Part shown: positions 18,903-27,391 of the stretch, in pieces | Layout: each line of letters opens with the position of its first letter | How positions within the stretch are numbered: the first letter of the stretch is position 1 | From: Candidatus Poribacteria bacterium | GTDB lineage: Bacteria; Poribacteria; WGA-4E; WGA-3G | NCBI GenBank assembly: GCA_965214095.1 | Contig: OZ243938.1 | Span: 4,800,001 to 4,864,000, forward strand | DNA: 64,000 nucleotides | Reading direction: 5' to 3' | Position numbers and translations under genes: made by a program | Notes under the pieces: generated by a model | Told to the model about the DNA's origin: nothing | The model's input: only the letters and a program-made list of their open reading frames with translations | Databases searched by the model: none

Positions 18903-19823
18903 ATGCTATTAGATGTAAATAACGTCTCAGTCTTTTTTGGGACAAATCCTGCTTTAGATGAATTATCTGTGAAATTAGAGAGTGGTGGCGCAATCGGACT
19001 GCTTGGTCCCAATGGTGCGGGGAAAAGCACATTGATTAAGATGCTACTCGGTTTCCTAAATCCAAGTCGTGGGAATGCGTCTGTTTTCGGTTTAGATGTG
19101 CGAATTGATAATTTATCAATTCGTCAACAGGTAGGATATATGCCAGAAGACGATTGTTTAATACCACAGATGACTGCCGTTCAACTTGTCGCTTATGCAG
19201 GTGAACTCTGTGGCATGCCAGTAAGAGATGCAATGCAACGTGCACATGAAGTGTTATATTATGTTGGTCTTGATGAAGAACGATACCGTCCTATCAGTGG
19301 ATATTCAGCGGGAATGCGGCAACGTGTGAAGTTAGCACAGGCATTGGTGCACGATCCAAAGATGTTGCTACTTGATGAACCAACAAATGGTATGGATACA
19401 ACGGGTAGAGAGGAAATGTTAACACTTGTTAAGGACATTGCTGTGGATAAAGGTATTGATGTGATTCTATCTTCCCACCTATTACCCGATGTAGAATCGA
19501 CATGTAGTTATGTAATTGCTTTATCTCACGGGAGTCTTGTCATCAGCGGAGAAATAGAGGCATTGCGAAAAAATCAGGGACAAGTTTACGATCTTAAAAT
19601 AGTTGGAGATCGTGATGCTTATGTTGCAGCATTGGATAGGCTTCCTTATGACACCGAGTTACGTTCAGATGGACGCGTCCGCGTCACATCAACAGCAAAT
19701 GAACAGACTGATGGAAGGTTCTTCTTTAATTTAGCACATGAAACTGGAGTTCAATTGCGCCAATTGCGTGAGGTAAAACATTCACTTGAAGATGTGTTTG
19801 CTGATGCTATGGAAATGGAGTAG
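18903..19823 (+). CDS. ABC-2-type transporter ATP-binding protein
   Basis: GPNGAGKST, YSAGMRQR, LLLDEPT, LSSH. Confidence 0.92.
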   Translation: MLLDVNNVSVFFGTNPALDELSVKLESGGAIGLLGPNGAGKSTLIKMLLGFLNPSRGNASVFGLDVRIDNLSIRQQVGYMPEDDCLIPQMTAVQLVAYAGELCGMPVRDAMQRAHEVLYYVGLDEERYRPISGYSAGMRQRVKLAQALVHDPKMLLLDEPTNGMDTTGREEMLTLVKDIAVDKGIDVILSSHLLPDVESTCSYVIALSHGSLVISGEIEALRKNQGQVYDLKIVGDRDAYVAALDRLPYDTELRSDGRVRVTSTANEQTDGRFFFNLAHETGVQLRQLREVKHSLEDVFADAMEME

Positions 19824-19893
19824 ATAGGAAATATTGTAATAGGATAGGTAAGCCAATTATCTGTATGAAATATAATTGTAAAGGAATTAAGTA

Positions 19894-21216
19894 ATGGCAG
19901 AAAAAGAAAATCTTTTTGAAGTTGGTGTTGCACAAATTGACATTACCCCTGAGTACCCAATCCGTCTCAACGGGTATGGCAGTCGACGAACAGTATCCGA
20001 AGGAATCATTCAACGGATATGGGCGAAGGCTCTTGTTATCGGTGGTGATGACGAAGACCCTGTCCTTATGATAACCGTTGAAAACTGCGGATTACCTGAT
20101 GAATTCACAGAGGATTTGGCAGCTCGTATTGAAGGTAAAACAGGAATTCCTCGTGAGAATTTTGTTGCATGTTTTACACACACGCACAGTGCACCCTGTC
20201 TGACTAACTCAGCAGCATTCATATTCAGTGGAGATATTTCACCTGAAGAACAGGAAACAATAGACCGTTACACTCGTGAACTTGGCAATTGGTTGGAAGC
20301 ACTTGCAATGGAAGCAATCACAAGACGAGAACCATGTCATTTAACGTGGAACATTGGTGAAGTTGGTTTTGCTAAGAACCGGCGAACAGATGGTGGACCA
20401 GTAGATCATTCGCTACCTGTAATGCAGTTTACAAATGTTGATGGAGACCTTCATGCTGTATGGGCAAGTTATGCCTGCCACTGCACAACCTTAGCAGGTT
20501 CGGATAACCATATCTGCGGTGACTGGGCAGGATTTGCACAAGAGGAGATACAGAAAGCACATCCAAATGTAACCGCATTAATTACTATCGGATGTGGGGC
20601 AGATGCAAATCCAGAATCTCGGATGCGTCCTATGCCTGAAGGAAAACAGGAAGTATTTGAAACACGTCTCGCTTATGCAAAGGAACACGGTCGTGCACTT
20701 GCTGAAGAGGTTAATCATCAACTTGAGAGAAAAGCAACTTCTCTTACCAATATACCTGTAGGTACCTTTGAAAGAGTAAATTTGCTATTTGATAAATTAC
20801 CTACTCAGGAAGAATGGAAAGAAAAAGCAGCACAAGGTGGTGCAACCGCATATCATGCCCAAAAACATCTTGAAATGATAGAAGATGGACTGGAAATCAA
20901 AACAGATATTTCATATCCAGTACAAGCATGGACTTTTGGTGAGGAGTTAGCTATCATCTTCCTTGCAAGTGAGGTAGTAGTAGATTTTTCTCTACGTCTC
21001 AAGAAAGAGTATGATGCCAAACGTCTATGGGTAGGTGCATACTCAAATGCTTTTCCCGGCTATATTCCATCTGAACGGGTGTTAGCTGAAGGCGGATATG
21101 AAGGTGGCGGTGCGATGATATATTTCGGACAACCAACGTGTTTTGCTCCCAGTGTTGAACAATTAGTAATTGATACAGTTCATAAAGTCCTACCAGAAGA
21201 ATTCCTGGTAAAATAG
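19894..21216 (+). CDS. neutral/alkaline ceramidase N-terminal domain family hydrolase
   Basis: DITP..P..L.GY, THTHSAP, YACHCT, GCGADANP, GYIP...GGYE. Confidence 0.8.
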   Translation: MAEKENLFEVGVAQIDITPEYPIRLNGYGSRRTVSEGIIQRIWAKALVIGGDDEDPVLMITVENCGLPDEFTEDLAARIEGKTGIPRENFVACFTHTHSAPCLTNSAAFIFSGDISPEEQETIDRYTRELGNWLEALAMEAITRREPCHLTWNIGEVGFAKNRRTDGGPVDHSLPVMQFTNVDGDLHAVWASYACHCTTLAGSDNHICGDWAGFAQEEIQKAHPNVTALITIGCGADANPESRMRPMPEGKQEVFETRLAYAKEHGRALAEEVNHQLERKATSLTNIPVGTFERVNLLFDKLPTQEEWKEKAAQGGATAYHAQKHLEMIEDGLEIKTDISYPVQAWTFGEELAIIFLASEVVVDFSLRLKKEYDAKRLWVGAYSNAFPGYIPSERVLAEGGYEGGGAMIYFGQPTCFAPSVEQLVIDTVHKVLPEEFLVK

Positions 21217-21238
21217 AATTATTGAAAGTGAGAATATA

Positions 21239-21994
21239 ATGGAAATTAGACCAAATAAGATTAAGCAAAAATTAGCAAATGGTGAACCTGCATACATCGT
21301 TGCAGGACTGACGAATGCAGATGACATAGATGCCTTCGGACCCAACGGTTTTGATGGTGTGTGGTTAGAAGGTGAACACGGCAGTGCAGACGCAACAAAT
21401 CTCGGTGATCTCACACGCGCTTGTGATTTATGGGGGATGACATCAGTCGTGCGGGTCAATCGTAATGACCAAGGACTAATTTACCGCACATTGGACTGCG
21501 GTGCTATGGGGATTGTCGTCCCGCATGTTAACACTAAAGCAGAGGCACAGAACGTAGTGGATGGTGGAAAGTTCGCACCTATTGGACACCGAGGAATGTT
21601 CACGAGTCGACAAGGCTATGGTGTGGACAACTATTTTGAGGTGGCAAATGAACAGTCGTTGTTAGTTGTTCTCATTGAGGATATTGAAGCAGTGAACAAC
21701 TTAGCTGAGATTCTCACTGTTGACCACATAGATGTGTTCTTTGTAGCACCATCAGATTTAGCGACCTCTATGGGACACATCGGTAATCATCAGCACCTTG
21801 ATGTGCAGAACACAATTGACAGCACCTTGTCACGTATCCAAGATGCAGGACGTATTGCTGGCACATTGGCTTTAGATGATTCCGTTGAGAAATATGTGAA
21901 AGCAGGTGTGCAGTTTCTACTCGTAGGTGTTGGTGGATGGATTTCAACTGGTGCGGCAGATTATAAACAAATGGCGACAAATGCAAGAAACTGA
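21239..21994 (+). CDS. HpcH/HpaI aldolase family protein
   Basis: LEGEHG, LDCGAMGIVVPHV, LIED, FVAPSDLA. Confidence 0.88.
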   Translation: MEIRPNKIKQKLANGEPAYIVAGLTNADDIDAFGPNGFDGVWLEGEHGSADATNLGDLTRACDLWGMTSVVRVNRNDQGLIYRTLDCGAMGIVVPHVNTKAEAQNVVDGGKFAPIGHRGMFTSRQGYGVDNYFEVANEQSLLVVLIEDIEAVNNLAEILTVDHIDVFFVAPSDLATSMGHIGNHQHLDVQNTIDSTLSRIQDAGRIAGTLALDDSVEKYVKAGVQFLLVGVGGWISTGAADYKQMATNARN

Positions 21995-22026
21995 GCATAC
22001 ATTTTGAATAGACATAAGGTGGACCT

Positions 22027-22323
22027 ATGAAAGATTTCTTGAATTTAAAAAGGATACTAATCCCAACTATCGTACCTGTTGTGTTTAGGCTTGGACTATA
22101 TGTCTGTATTTTTGTAGGTATCCGTCAAATTGTTACGAATTTACTGACTTTTGGTAGTACAAATTTGTATGAATTACCTTTCGTTCTATTTTATTGGTTT
22201 GTCTTATTTCCAGTCATATTACGTATCGTCTGTGAAGTCTTAATCATATTAGCAAGAATGAACGCCTCGTTGACAGATATAAAGGAGCAGCTAAATACAC
22301 AACAAGAGGATGAACACACATAG
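22027..22323 (+). CDS. small membrane protein (DUF4282-like)
   Basis: FLNLKRILIP N-terminus, two TM helices, RIVCEVLIIL. Confidence 0.7.
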   Translation: MKDFLNLKRILIPTIVPVVFRLGLYVCIFVGIRQIVTNLLTFGSTNLYELPFVLFYWFVLFPVILRIVCEVLIILARMNASLTDIKEQLNTQQEDEHT

Positions 22324-22450
22324 TGGAGTGTCCATTCGGACATTGTCCGTCGGGTAGAGGCACGAAAGCCGAGCTTATTGATGATAAATGGATGCATGTC
22401 GGGTTTCGTGCCTCTACCCGACCTACAAGATTAGTGTAGACAGAACAATA
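22321..22450. mobile_element. MITE-like element family 2 with GTAG REP cargo
   Basis: TAGTGGAGTGTCCA...GTAGACAGAACAATA containing inverted GTCGGGTAGAGGCACGAAA / TTTCGTGCCTCTACCCGACCTAC; shorter reverse-oriented copy at 44882-44962. Confidence 0.8.
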
Positions 22451-22472
22451 GAGAACATTGGTTTGATGCAAA

Positions 22473-23819
22473 TTATGCTAAAAACGTTATCCCTCCAGAT
22501 GTTTCTCTGCCTTGCCACACGGCACCTGTAGGATAGATATGCTTTTCCACAAAATCTGGATGCATTTCTAAACCCCATCCTGGAACTGTTGGAGCGACAT
22601 AAGCACCATCGCGCACTTGAATCAGTTCAAGAAATACACCTTCTTGTAGAAATTCAAGATATTCAACAACCTGTGTATCTGAATGTGCAGCAACAGAGAT
22701 TTGATCCCACATTGCATAGTGTTGAATCATATTGCACAAACCGATGCCACCCCCGTGTGGACATACAGGCACATCATACTTCACAGCCATCAATATCACA
22801 GCAATCACATCGTTGACTCCGCCAAGTCTTGTTGCATCAATTTGGCAGAATTGAATTGCATTACTTGTAAGAAGTTGTTTGAAGATGACAGGTGATGGAA
22901 CTTGTTCACCGGCAGCAACCCCAATATCATATTTCTCCAATGCGCGTGCGATTTTGACAAAACCGAGAACATCATCTCGCGCAGTCGGTTCTTCAATCCA
23001 AGTCGGTCGGAATTCTGTCAATGCTTCCATGTGGGTAATTGCTTCATCAACTCCCCACACCTGATTGGCATCCAACATCAATTGCGCATTGTAACCTATT
23101 GCTTTCCTAATGAAAGCAAGTCGTTTCTTATCAAAATCTAAATCTTGTCCAACTTTCATCTTGAAGCAGTCCAAACCTGATGCTTTCACCTTATTGACAG
23201 TCTCAATGATCTGTTCATCAGTCAAACCAAGCCAACCCGCAGTAGAATACGCCTTCGGTCCCTTCTGACATAGAACGTTCTCTCTTGTTTCACGTGTATC
23301 CAAGTTTGATTTCAGTATATCAACTGCTTCATCAGGTGTTAGGGCATCCCGTAGGTAACGCCAATCGATACACTGTACAATCTTGTCTGGCGGTAAATCA
23401 ACAAGCAGTTTCCACAAAGGTTTTTCAACAACTTTTGCCCAGAGATCCCACATTGCATTCACAATACAACCGATTGCCATACGATTGACACCATCTGCAA
23501 GCCACCGCAATTGATGATGATCAATGAGTAGACGGAAAAACGCACCCGGATCATCGATAAAGGTATTCAGTTCCATGTCGGTTATAAGTTGAGCAAGGTC
23601 TTTAACACCGTAAGCGATCCAGTCGTTTCCAGCACCTGCAGTGAATGCAACTGAAATTCCTTGATGTTCTGTGTTCGTTTCTATCGTTGTTAGGACAGCA
23701 GAATAGTTCGGTTTTTTGTGGAACGGGTCTGAACCGAGAAGTGTATCAGAAGTAGGCACACGCAAATCTATAACGTTGACCATTTCTATTTTACAATCTA
23801 TGTTTGGTAAATTATTCAT
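22473..23819 (-). CDS. L-fuconate dehydratase-like enolase superfamily protein
   Basis: DLRVPTS..LGSDP, FKMKVG, DANQVW, WIEEPT, AAGE, PVCPHGGGIGLC; ATG 23819 behind AGGAG. Confidence 0.85.
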   Translation of the reverse strand: MNNLPNIDCKIEMVNVIDLRVPTSDTLLGSDPFHKKPNYSAVLTTIETNTEHQGISVAFTAGAGNDWIAYGVKDLAQLITDMELNTFIDDPGAFFRLLIDHHQLRWLADGVNRMAIGCIVNAMWDLWAKVVEKPLWKLLVDLPPDKIVQCIDWRYLRDALTPDEAVDILKSNLDTRETRENVLCQKGPKAYSTAGWLGLTDEQIIETVNKVKASGLDCFKMKVGQDLDFDKKRLAFIRKAIGYNAQLMLDANQVWGVDEAITHMEALTEFRPTWIEEPTARDDVLGFVKIARALEKYDIGVAAGEQVPSPVIFKQLLTSNAIQFCQIDATRLGGVNDVIAVILMAVKYDVPVCPHGGGIGLCNMIQHYAMWDQISVAAHSDTQVVEYLEFLQEGVFLELIQVRDGAYVAPTVPGWGLEMHPDFVEKHIYPTGAVWQGRETSGGITFLA

Positions 23820-23825
23820 ATATGC

Positions 23826-23854
23826 TTGACTCCTTTCGGAACACAGTATAGAAT
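23826..23854 (+). promoter_or_regulatory. sigma-70-type promoter of the adenosyltransferase gene
   Basis: TTGACT-N17-TAGAAT, 8 nt before ATG 23863; overlaps the RBS of the divergent gene. Confidence 0.6.
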
Positions 23855-23862
23855 AAATCAAC

Positions 23863-24405
23863 ATGAAAATCTATACAAAATTTGGCGATTCTGGTGAAAC
23901 AGCACTCTACGGTGGTACACGTGTTCCTAAAGATACACTGCAGATTGAGGCATTAGGGTCTATTGACGAACTGAACGCTTACATCGGTTATGCACAGACA
24001 CTGATATATGATGCAGATTTATCTGATATGCTTACTCGCATTCAGAACCATCTGTTTTCTGTTGGAGCGGATATTGCAACACCAGAGACACATACAAAGT
24101 CTGCTGATATGCGTATCTCTTCGGATTTTACAACCGAGATGGAATCCATGATTGATACTCTCTCAGACGAGTTACCGCCACTTACAAACTTTATTCTACC
24201 GGGTGGTTGTCAGGCAGGATCAATTATACATGTGGCGCGTGCTGTCTGCCGTAGAAGTGAACGGTGTGTTGTGCGTCTTACACGAAAATCAAAAGTCAAC
24301 CCAGAAATCATCCGTTGTCTTAACCGACTTTCAGATCTATTATTTGTCTTAGCACGTGTAGTAAACTACCGAGCTCAAACAGAAGAACCGATTTGGGAAT
24401 CATAG
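23863..24405 (+). CDS. pduO: PduO-type ATP:cob(I)alamin adenosyltransferase
   Basis: KIYTKFGDSGET, GSIDELNA, FILPGG, ARAVCRRSER, LNRLSDLLF. Confidence 0.9.
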   Translation: MKIYTKFGDSGETALYGGTRVPKDTLQIEALGSIDELNAYIGYAQTLIYDADLSDMLTRIQNHLFSVGADIATPETHTKSADMRISSDFTTEMESMIDTLSDELPPLTNFILPGGCQAGSIIHVARAVCRRSERCVVRLTRKSKVNPEIIRCLNRLSDLLFVLARVVNYRAQTEEPIWES

Positions 24406-24417
24406 GGTATTGCATCA

Positions 24418-24831
24418 ATGACCAAAAAACAGGCATCCACAAATCTTGAGAGTGTTGTTGAGAGACACTATTGGCGTGGTGTCGCGTTTCTGATTATTCT
24501 CATTCTGGTTGGCACGGGGTTCTGGTGTCTACGACGTTTTAATCCCACACTATTCCTTGGTAAACCTGATTTTATTGCAGTGCCTAATGAACCTATTTCT
24601 GAACAAGAACAACAACTATCTGTTGACGAAAATCCAGACCTTCTCAATATAAACACCGCTTCTGCAGAAGAACTTCAGACACTTCCAAGTATCGGTCCTC
24701 AGACGGCACAAAAAATAATCAAATATCGTGAAGAACACGGTGATTTTACATCGGTAGATGCGCTCACTGGAGTGAAGGGTATTGGTGAAAAGACCTTAGA
24801 AAAACTGAAACCGTATATTAGCATTGAATAA
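24418..24831 (+). CDS. comEA: ComEA-family helix-hairpin-helix DNA-binding membrane protein
   Basis: TM helix, [26 protein letters not shown]. Confidence 0.8.
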   Translation: MTKKQASTNLESVVERHYWRGVAFLIILILVGTGFWCLRRFNPTLFLGKPDFIAVPNEPISEQEQQLSVDENPDLLNINTASAEELQTLPSIGPQTAQKIIKYREEHGDFTSVDALTGVKGIGEKTLEKLKPYISIE

Positions 24832-27381
24832 TTATTTCCGTATCAACATTTTACGCGTTGCAGAATACTGACCGGCAGTTAACGTATAGAAATAAACGCC
24901 GCTCGCGACAGGTTCACCTATATCATTTTTGCCATTCCAATATGCCGCGTGACCCTTGGTTTGATACAGTCCAGCAGACTGTTCACCAATATCTAAAGTC
25001 TGTATTAGCTGCCCTTCAGAAGAATATATCTCTATTTTCACATCCGATGACTCTGATAACTGATACGGTATCCAGGTTTCAGGGTTGAATGGGTTTGGAT
25101 AGTTTGCAAGAAGTTGTGTCTTAGTTGGTGTCAGCGATAGTATAAGTTGCTCCAGAAATTGGATTCCTCTCTGCACTCCTAAATCTGAACTATCAAGTTC
25201 TTGTGCTTGTGTCAGCCAGCCTTGCACAATAGATTTTGTTAAAGTAAATTCCTCACTGAAATCTAATATTGTCGGGGTAGCAGCTGCATTTACAATCGCA
25301 CCTGCTACTAAAATTAGATCCGCTATGTCAACAACTCCATCTCCATTCACATCCGCATCGTTTATTCCAGTTTTCCCAAAATTTGCAGCGACGACTACTA
25401 AATCATGTATATCAACAACACCATCATTGTTGACATCTGCAGCATGGCTTGATGTGTTAAAGAATGACCCATAATCCCAAAGAAGTATTGTCCCATGTTC
25501 ATGCGATGACGCAAACGTCTTGCCATCTGGACTAAACGCTAACATATATACGCCAAGTGGCATGCGTAACATCAGTTTGAAAGCACCAGTTTCCGGATCC
25601 CAAAATTGCAACCTCCCATCTTCCCATCCACCAGCAGTTACCATGGTTTCTCCATCTGGACTGAAAAGTACTGTTTTAAATAGACCCTCATGCCCTGTGA
25701 TAAAAGTCCTTCTCTCTCCAGTATATACCTTCCATAGATGCACTTCCTGACCAACACCACCCGCAGCAATAGTGTTCCCATCAGGACTGAAAGCAATATT
25801 TGTAGTTAATGGTATAGAACCGTTGTATCTTGCAATTTGTTTCCTACCAATAACATCCCAGAGATATATGCCATCGGTATTGCCATATACGATTTTTCGT
25901 CCATCTGGACTGAATGCCATATACCCAACACCTTCCCAAGTTCCGGTGAATGTCCATAGATAATTGCCTGTGGTTGCATCCCAAAAAATCGGTTTTCTGT
26001 TAGTTGCGTAAGTCGTGAGTAACCCTCCATCCGGACTAAAGTTGACACGGTAGGTATCCCACTCATGGCCAATTATTGTTGCTATCTGAGAACCAGAGGA
26101 AACATCCCATAACCTAATCGGGTAGTCTTCAGCGAACCATCTATCACCAAATACAATTCCGCCGCTACTTGCTATAGTCCGTCCATCTGGACTAAAGTCG
26201 ACTGATATAACCGGACCTATATGTCCAACAATGGATCTTGTATTTCTACCTGTTGTAGTATCCCATAGTCTCAAGGTTTTATCACTACTTCCACTTACAA
26301 TTGTATTTCCATCTGGACTAAATGCTATCCTTGGGAAACCTGAAATATGTCCAGTGATTGTTGTTCTTTGTTCAAAATCCTTTGTATCCCACAGAATAAT
26401 AGTTCCATCCTGACTATAACTTGCAAATGTAGATCCATCAGGACTGTATGCAATACTCTTAATGTAGTCAGTATGTGCTATGATTGTAGAATTATGATCA
26501 CCTGTAGCAACATCCCACAGACAGACTGTTTTATCAAAACTGCCACTTGCAAGTGTGTTCCCATCAGGACTAAATGCAATATCGTAGACACCACCGGTAT
26601 GTCCTATCAGTGTGTTTTTTAGTGAACCACTTGCTATATCCCAAAGAAAAATATGTGCTGGCCATCTTCCGCCACAAGTTGCAATTGTGTTACCGTCTGG
26701 ACTAAATGCAATTTTAGTGTCGTATGAAAACCTATCTTCTACCAAAATGAAAGATGTATTGAGTTCATTTGTTTCAACATCCCATAATTTCATCGTAGTA
26801 ATTTCACCTTCATAACTGCTACTTGCCAGATTCGTTCCATCTGGACTGAAGGTGATGGTTTTAATACCACTATCATGAGCAATGATTGTGCTTATTAATG
26901 CCCCCGTTGAGACATCCCAAAATTTGATAGTGCCATCTTTGTAATAATTACTACATGTCGCGAACGTTTCGCCAGTGGGGTTAAATGCTATACCTGAAAT
27001 ATCTCGGCTATGTGCAGATATTGTCAGTTTGAGGTTACCAGTGTCAACATCCCATAAATAAACTTCGTTGGAATTAGTACACGCAACAGTTTTACCATTA
27101 GGACTGACTGCAAGGTTTGAGCCATAATCTAAATCGGCTGTTAGCAATTTGAGGTCTTTTCCCGTATGTCCATCATAAATCCAGACACCGACAGAACTTG
27201 CAGCTACAAGCAAGGAACTATCTGGTGAAAATGCTATTTTACCGTATATTTCTCCTTTTCCAATACGCATTTTCGCACCTTCTGGCAAACCCCACTGCAT
27301 GTAATCTTGCGAAAAAGCACTTGATAAAAAGATAGTTGAAAACAGAACAACCAGTATAATAATGTATCGTGTTGTCTTCAT
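24832..27381 (-). CDS. secreted WD40-repeat + dockerin + FlgD-Ig/T9SS-like C-terminal domain protein (type A)
   Basis: signal peptide, WD40 repeats, DVNNDGVVDIHDL/DVNGDGVVDIADL, LANYPNPFNPETWIPY...ASGVYFYTL. Confidence 0.92.
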   Translation of the reverse strand: MKTTRYIIILVVLFSTIFLSSAFSQDYMQWGLPEGAKMRIGKGEIYGKIAFSPDSSLLVAASSVGVWIYDGHTGKDLKLLTADLDYGSNLAVSPNGKTVACTNSNEVYLWDVDTGNLKLTISAHSRDISGIAFNPTGETFATCSNYYKDGTIKFWDVSTGALISTIIAHDSGIKTITFSPDGTNLASSSYEGEITTMKLWDVETNELNTSFILVEDRFSYDTKIAFSPDGNTIATCGGRWPAHIFLWDIASGSLKNTLIGHTGGVYDIAFSPDGNTLASGSFDKTVCLWDVATGDHNSTIIAHTDYIKSIAYSPDGSTFASYSQDGTIILWDTKDFEQRTTITGHISGFPRIAFSPDGNTIVSGSSDKTLRLWDTTTGRNTRSIVGHIGPVISVDFSPDGRTIASSGGIVFGDRWFAEDYPIRLWDVSSGSQIATIIGHEWDTYRVNFSPDGGLLTTYATNRKPIFWDATTGNYLWTFTGTWEGVGYMAFSPDGRKIVYGNTDGIYLWDVIGRKQIARYNGSIPLTTNIAFSPDGNTIAAGGVGQEVHLWKVYTGERRTFITGHEGLFKTVLFSPDGETMVTAGGWEDGRLQFWDPETGAFKLMLRMPLGVYMLAFSPDGKTFASSHEHGTILLWDYGSFFNTSSHAADVNNDGVVDIHDLVVVAANFGKTGINDADVNGDGVVDIADLILVAGAIVNAAATPTILDFSEEFTLTKSIVQGWLTQAQELDSSDLGVQRGIQFLEQLILSLTPTKTQLLANYPNPFNPETWIPYQLSESSDVKIEIYSSEGQLIQTLDIGEQSAGLYQTKGHAAYWNGKNDIGEPVASGVYFYTLTAGQYSATRKMLIRK

Positions 27382-27391
27382 TTCTTGCCTC

